A stretch of DNA of 63,858 bases, filler included, from Octopus bimaculoides (lineage: Eukaryota): the NCBI RefSeq assembly GCF_001194135.2. It is 7 parts of 7 records of this genome, joined end to end, with 100 filler letters (N's around TTAATTAATTAA, not from the genome) between each part and the next. Parts side by side here need not be neighbours in the genome. Positions count along the whole stretch, not along the records: positions 61,614 to 63,858 come from NW_026319436.1; 6 more parts are not named here. One strand, written 5' to 3'. Below, piece by piece: positions 63,290-63,858 of the stretch. Numbering within the stretch: position 1 is the first letter of the stretch; each line of letters starts with the position of its first letter. The notes under the pieces are model-generated. The model searched no databases. It worked only from the letters and a program-made list of their open reading frames with translations, and was not told the DNA's origin. Made by a program: the position numbers and the translations under genes.

Positions 63290-63660
63290 CTCATCTTGTT
63301 TGTTGTTAACACGTTTCGGCTGATATACCCTCCAGCCTTCATCAGGTGTCTTGGGGAAATTTCGAACTTGGGTTCTCATTCCTAAGGTATTTTTCGATAT
63401 TATTATTATTATTATGGAATCAAACTCAGAATCATGGGGTTAGTAGCCCACGCTCTTAACCACAATGCCATATGTCCATGGGCAATTATGGAGTGAATTT
63501 TAGGGCTTATAAATCTAATATTTTCCTATCCTGATGAAGGCTTGAAGAGTATATCAGCCGAAACATTGTGTTAACAACAAACAAGATGAGGACAAATATC
63601 GATCAAATGTAAATAATGTAAATAATGTACATAATTCCTCATCTCTTAAATTTAGAATTG
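63290..63660. mobile_element. Non-autonomous Penelope-type element with inverted hammerhead-bearing ends and an internal tRNA-like segment
   Basis: 63290-63345 is the reverse complement of 63531-63590; both carry CTGATGA-a-GGCT..AGCC-GAAA; A/B-box-like sequence at 63415-63477 (minus). Confidence 0.78.
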
Positions 63661-63858
63661 TACTTTATTTCAAATTGCTCCAACTCACTCGACCATAGAA
63701 ATGAGTTGCGGCATCACTGGTGCCAAACTGTATCAGCCCCTTTGCCCTTTCCCTTGGATAACATCGGTGGTGTGTAGAAGGGAGGCTGGTATGCATGAGT
63801 GACTGCTAGTCTTCCATAAAACAACCCCGCCCGGACTTGTACCTCGGAAGGAACTTTC
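63661..63858 (+). mobile_element. SINE family D body
   Basis: ACTTTATTTCA..TTGCTCCA...AGAAATGAGTTG...CCCTTGGATAAC...TCTTCCATAAA matches 40640-40830. Confidence 0.82.

Noticed and set aside
1-63858. CRISPR arrays, rRNA, operons or prokaryotic defence systems
   Set aside because: None seen; the sequence is eukaryotic and repeat-dominated.

Overview
AT-rich animal genomic DNA with about 9.5 kb of N gaps and very dense microsatellites. The repeat families (four tRNA-headed SINE families, R4/Dong and RTE LINEs, Penelope-like elements, Tc1, mariner, piggyBac, a Ty3/Gypsy derivative) look like those of an octopus genome; this is my inference and has not been database-checked. Six identical 100-bp spacers (44 N + TTAATTAATTAA + 44 N) show that the window is seven artificially joined scaffolds. 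No complete host gene is visible, and only one convincing coding exon (52571-52750, minus strand, protein not recognised). Most long ORFs in the track are N-run or microsatellite artefacts. The most interesting signals are: (1) several unrelated families of minimal hammerhead-ribozyme motifs of the Penelope pLTR type, three of them present as inverted pairs, one with a swapped G3:C8 catalytic core and one downstream of a tRNA-like Pol III promoter; (2) a DD34E Tc1 element with TIRs and an apparent spliceosomal intron in its transposase.
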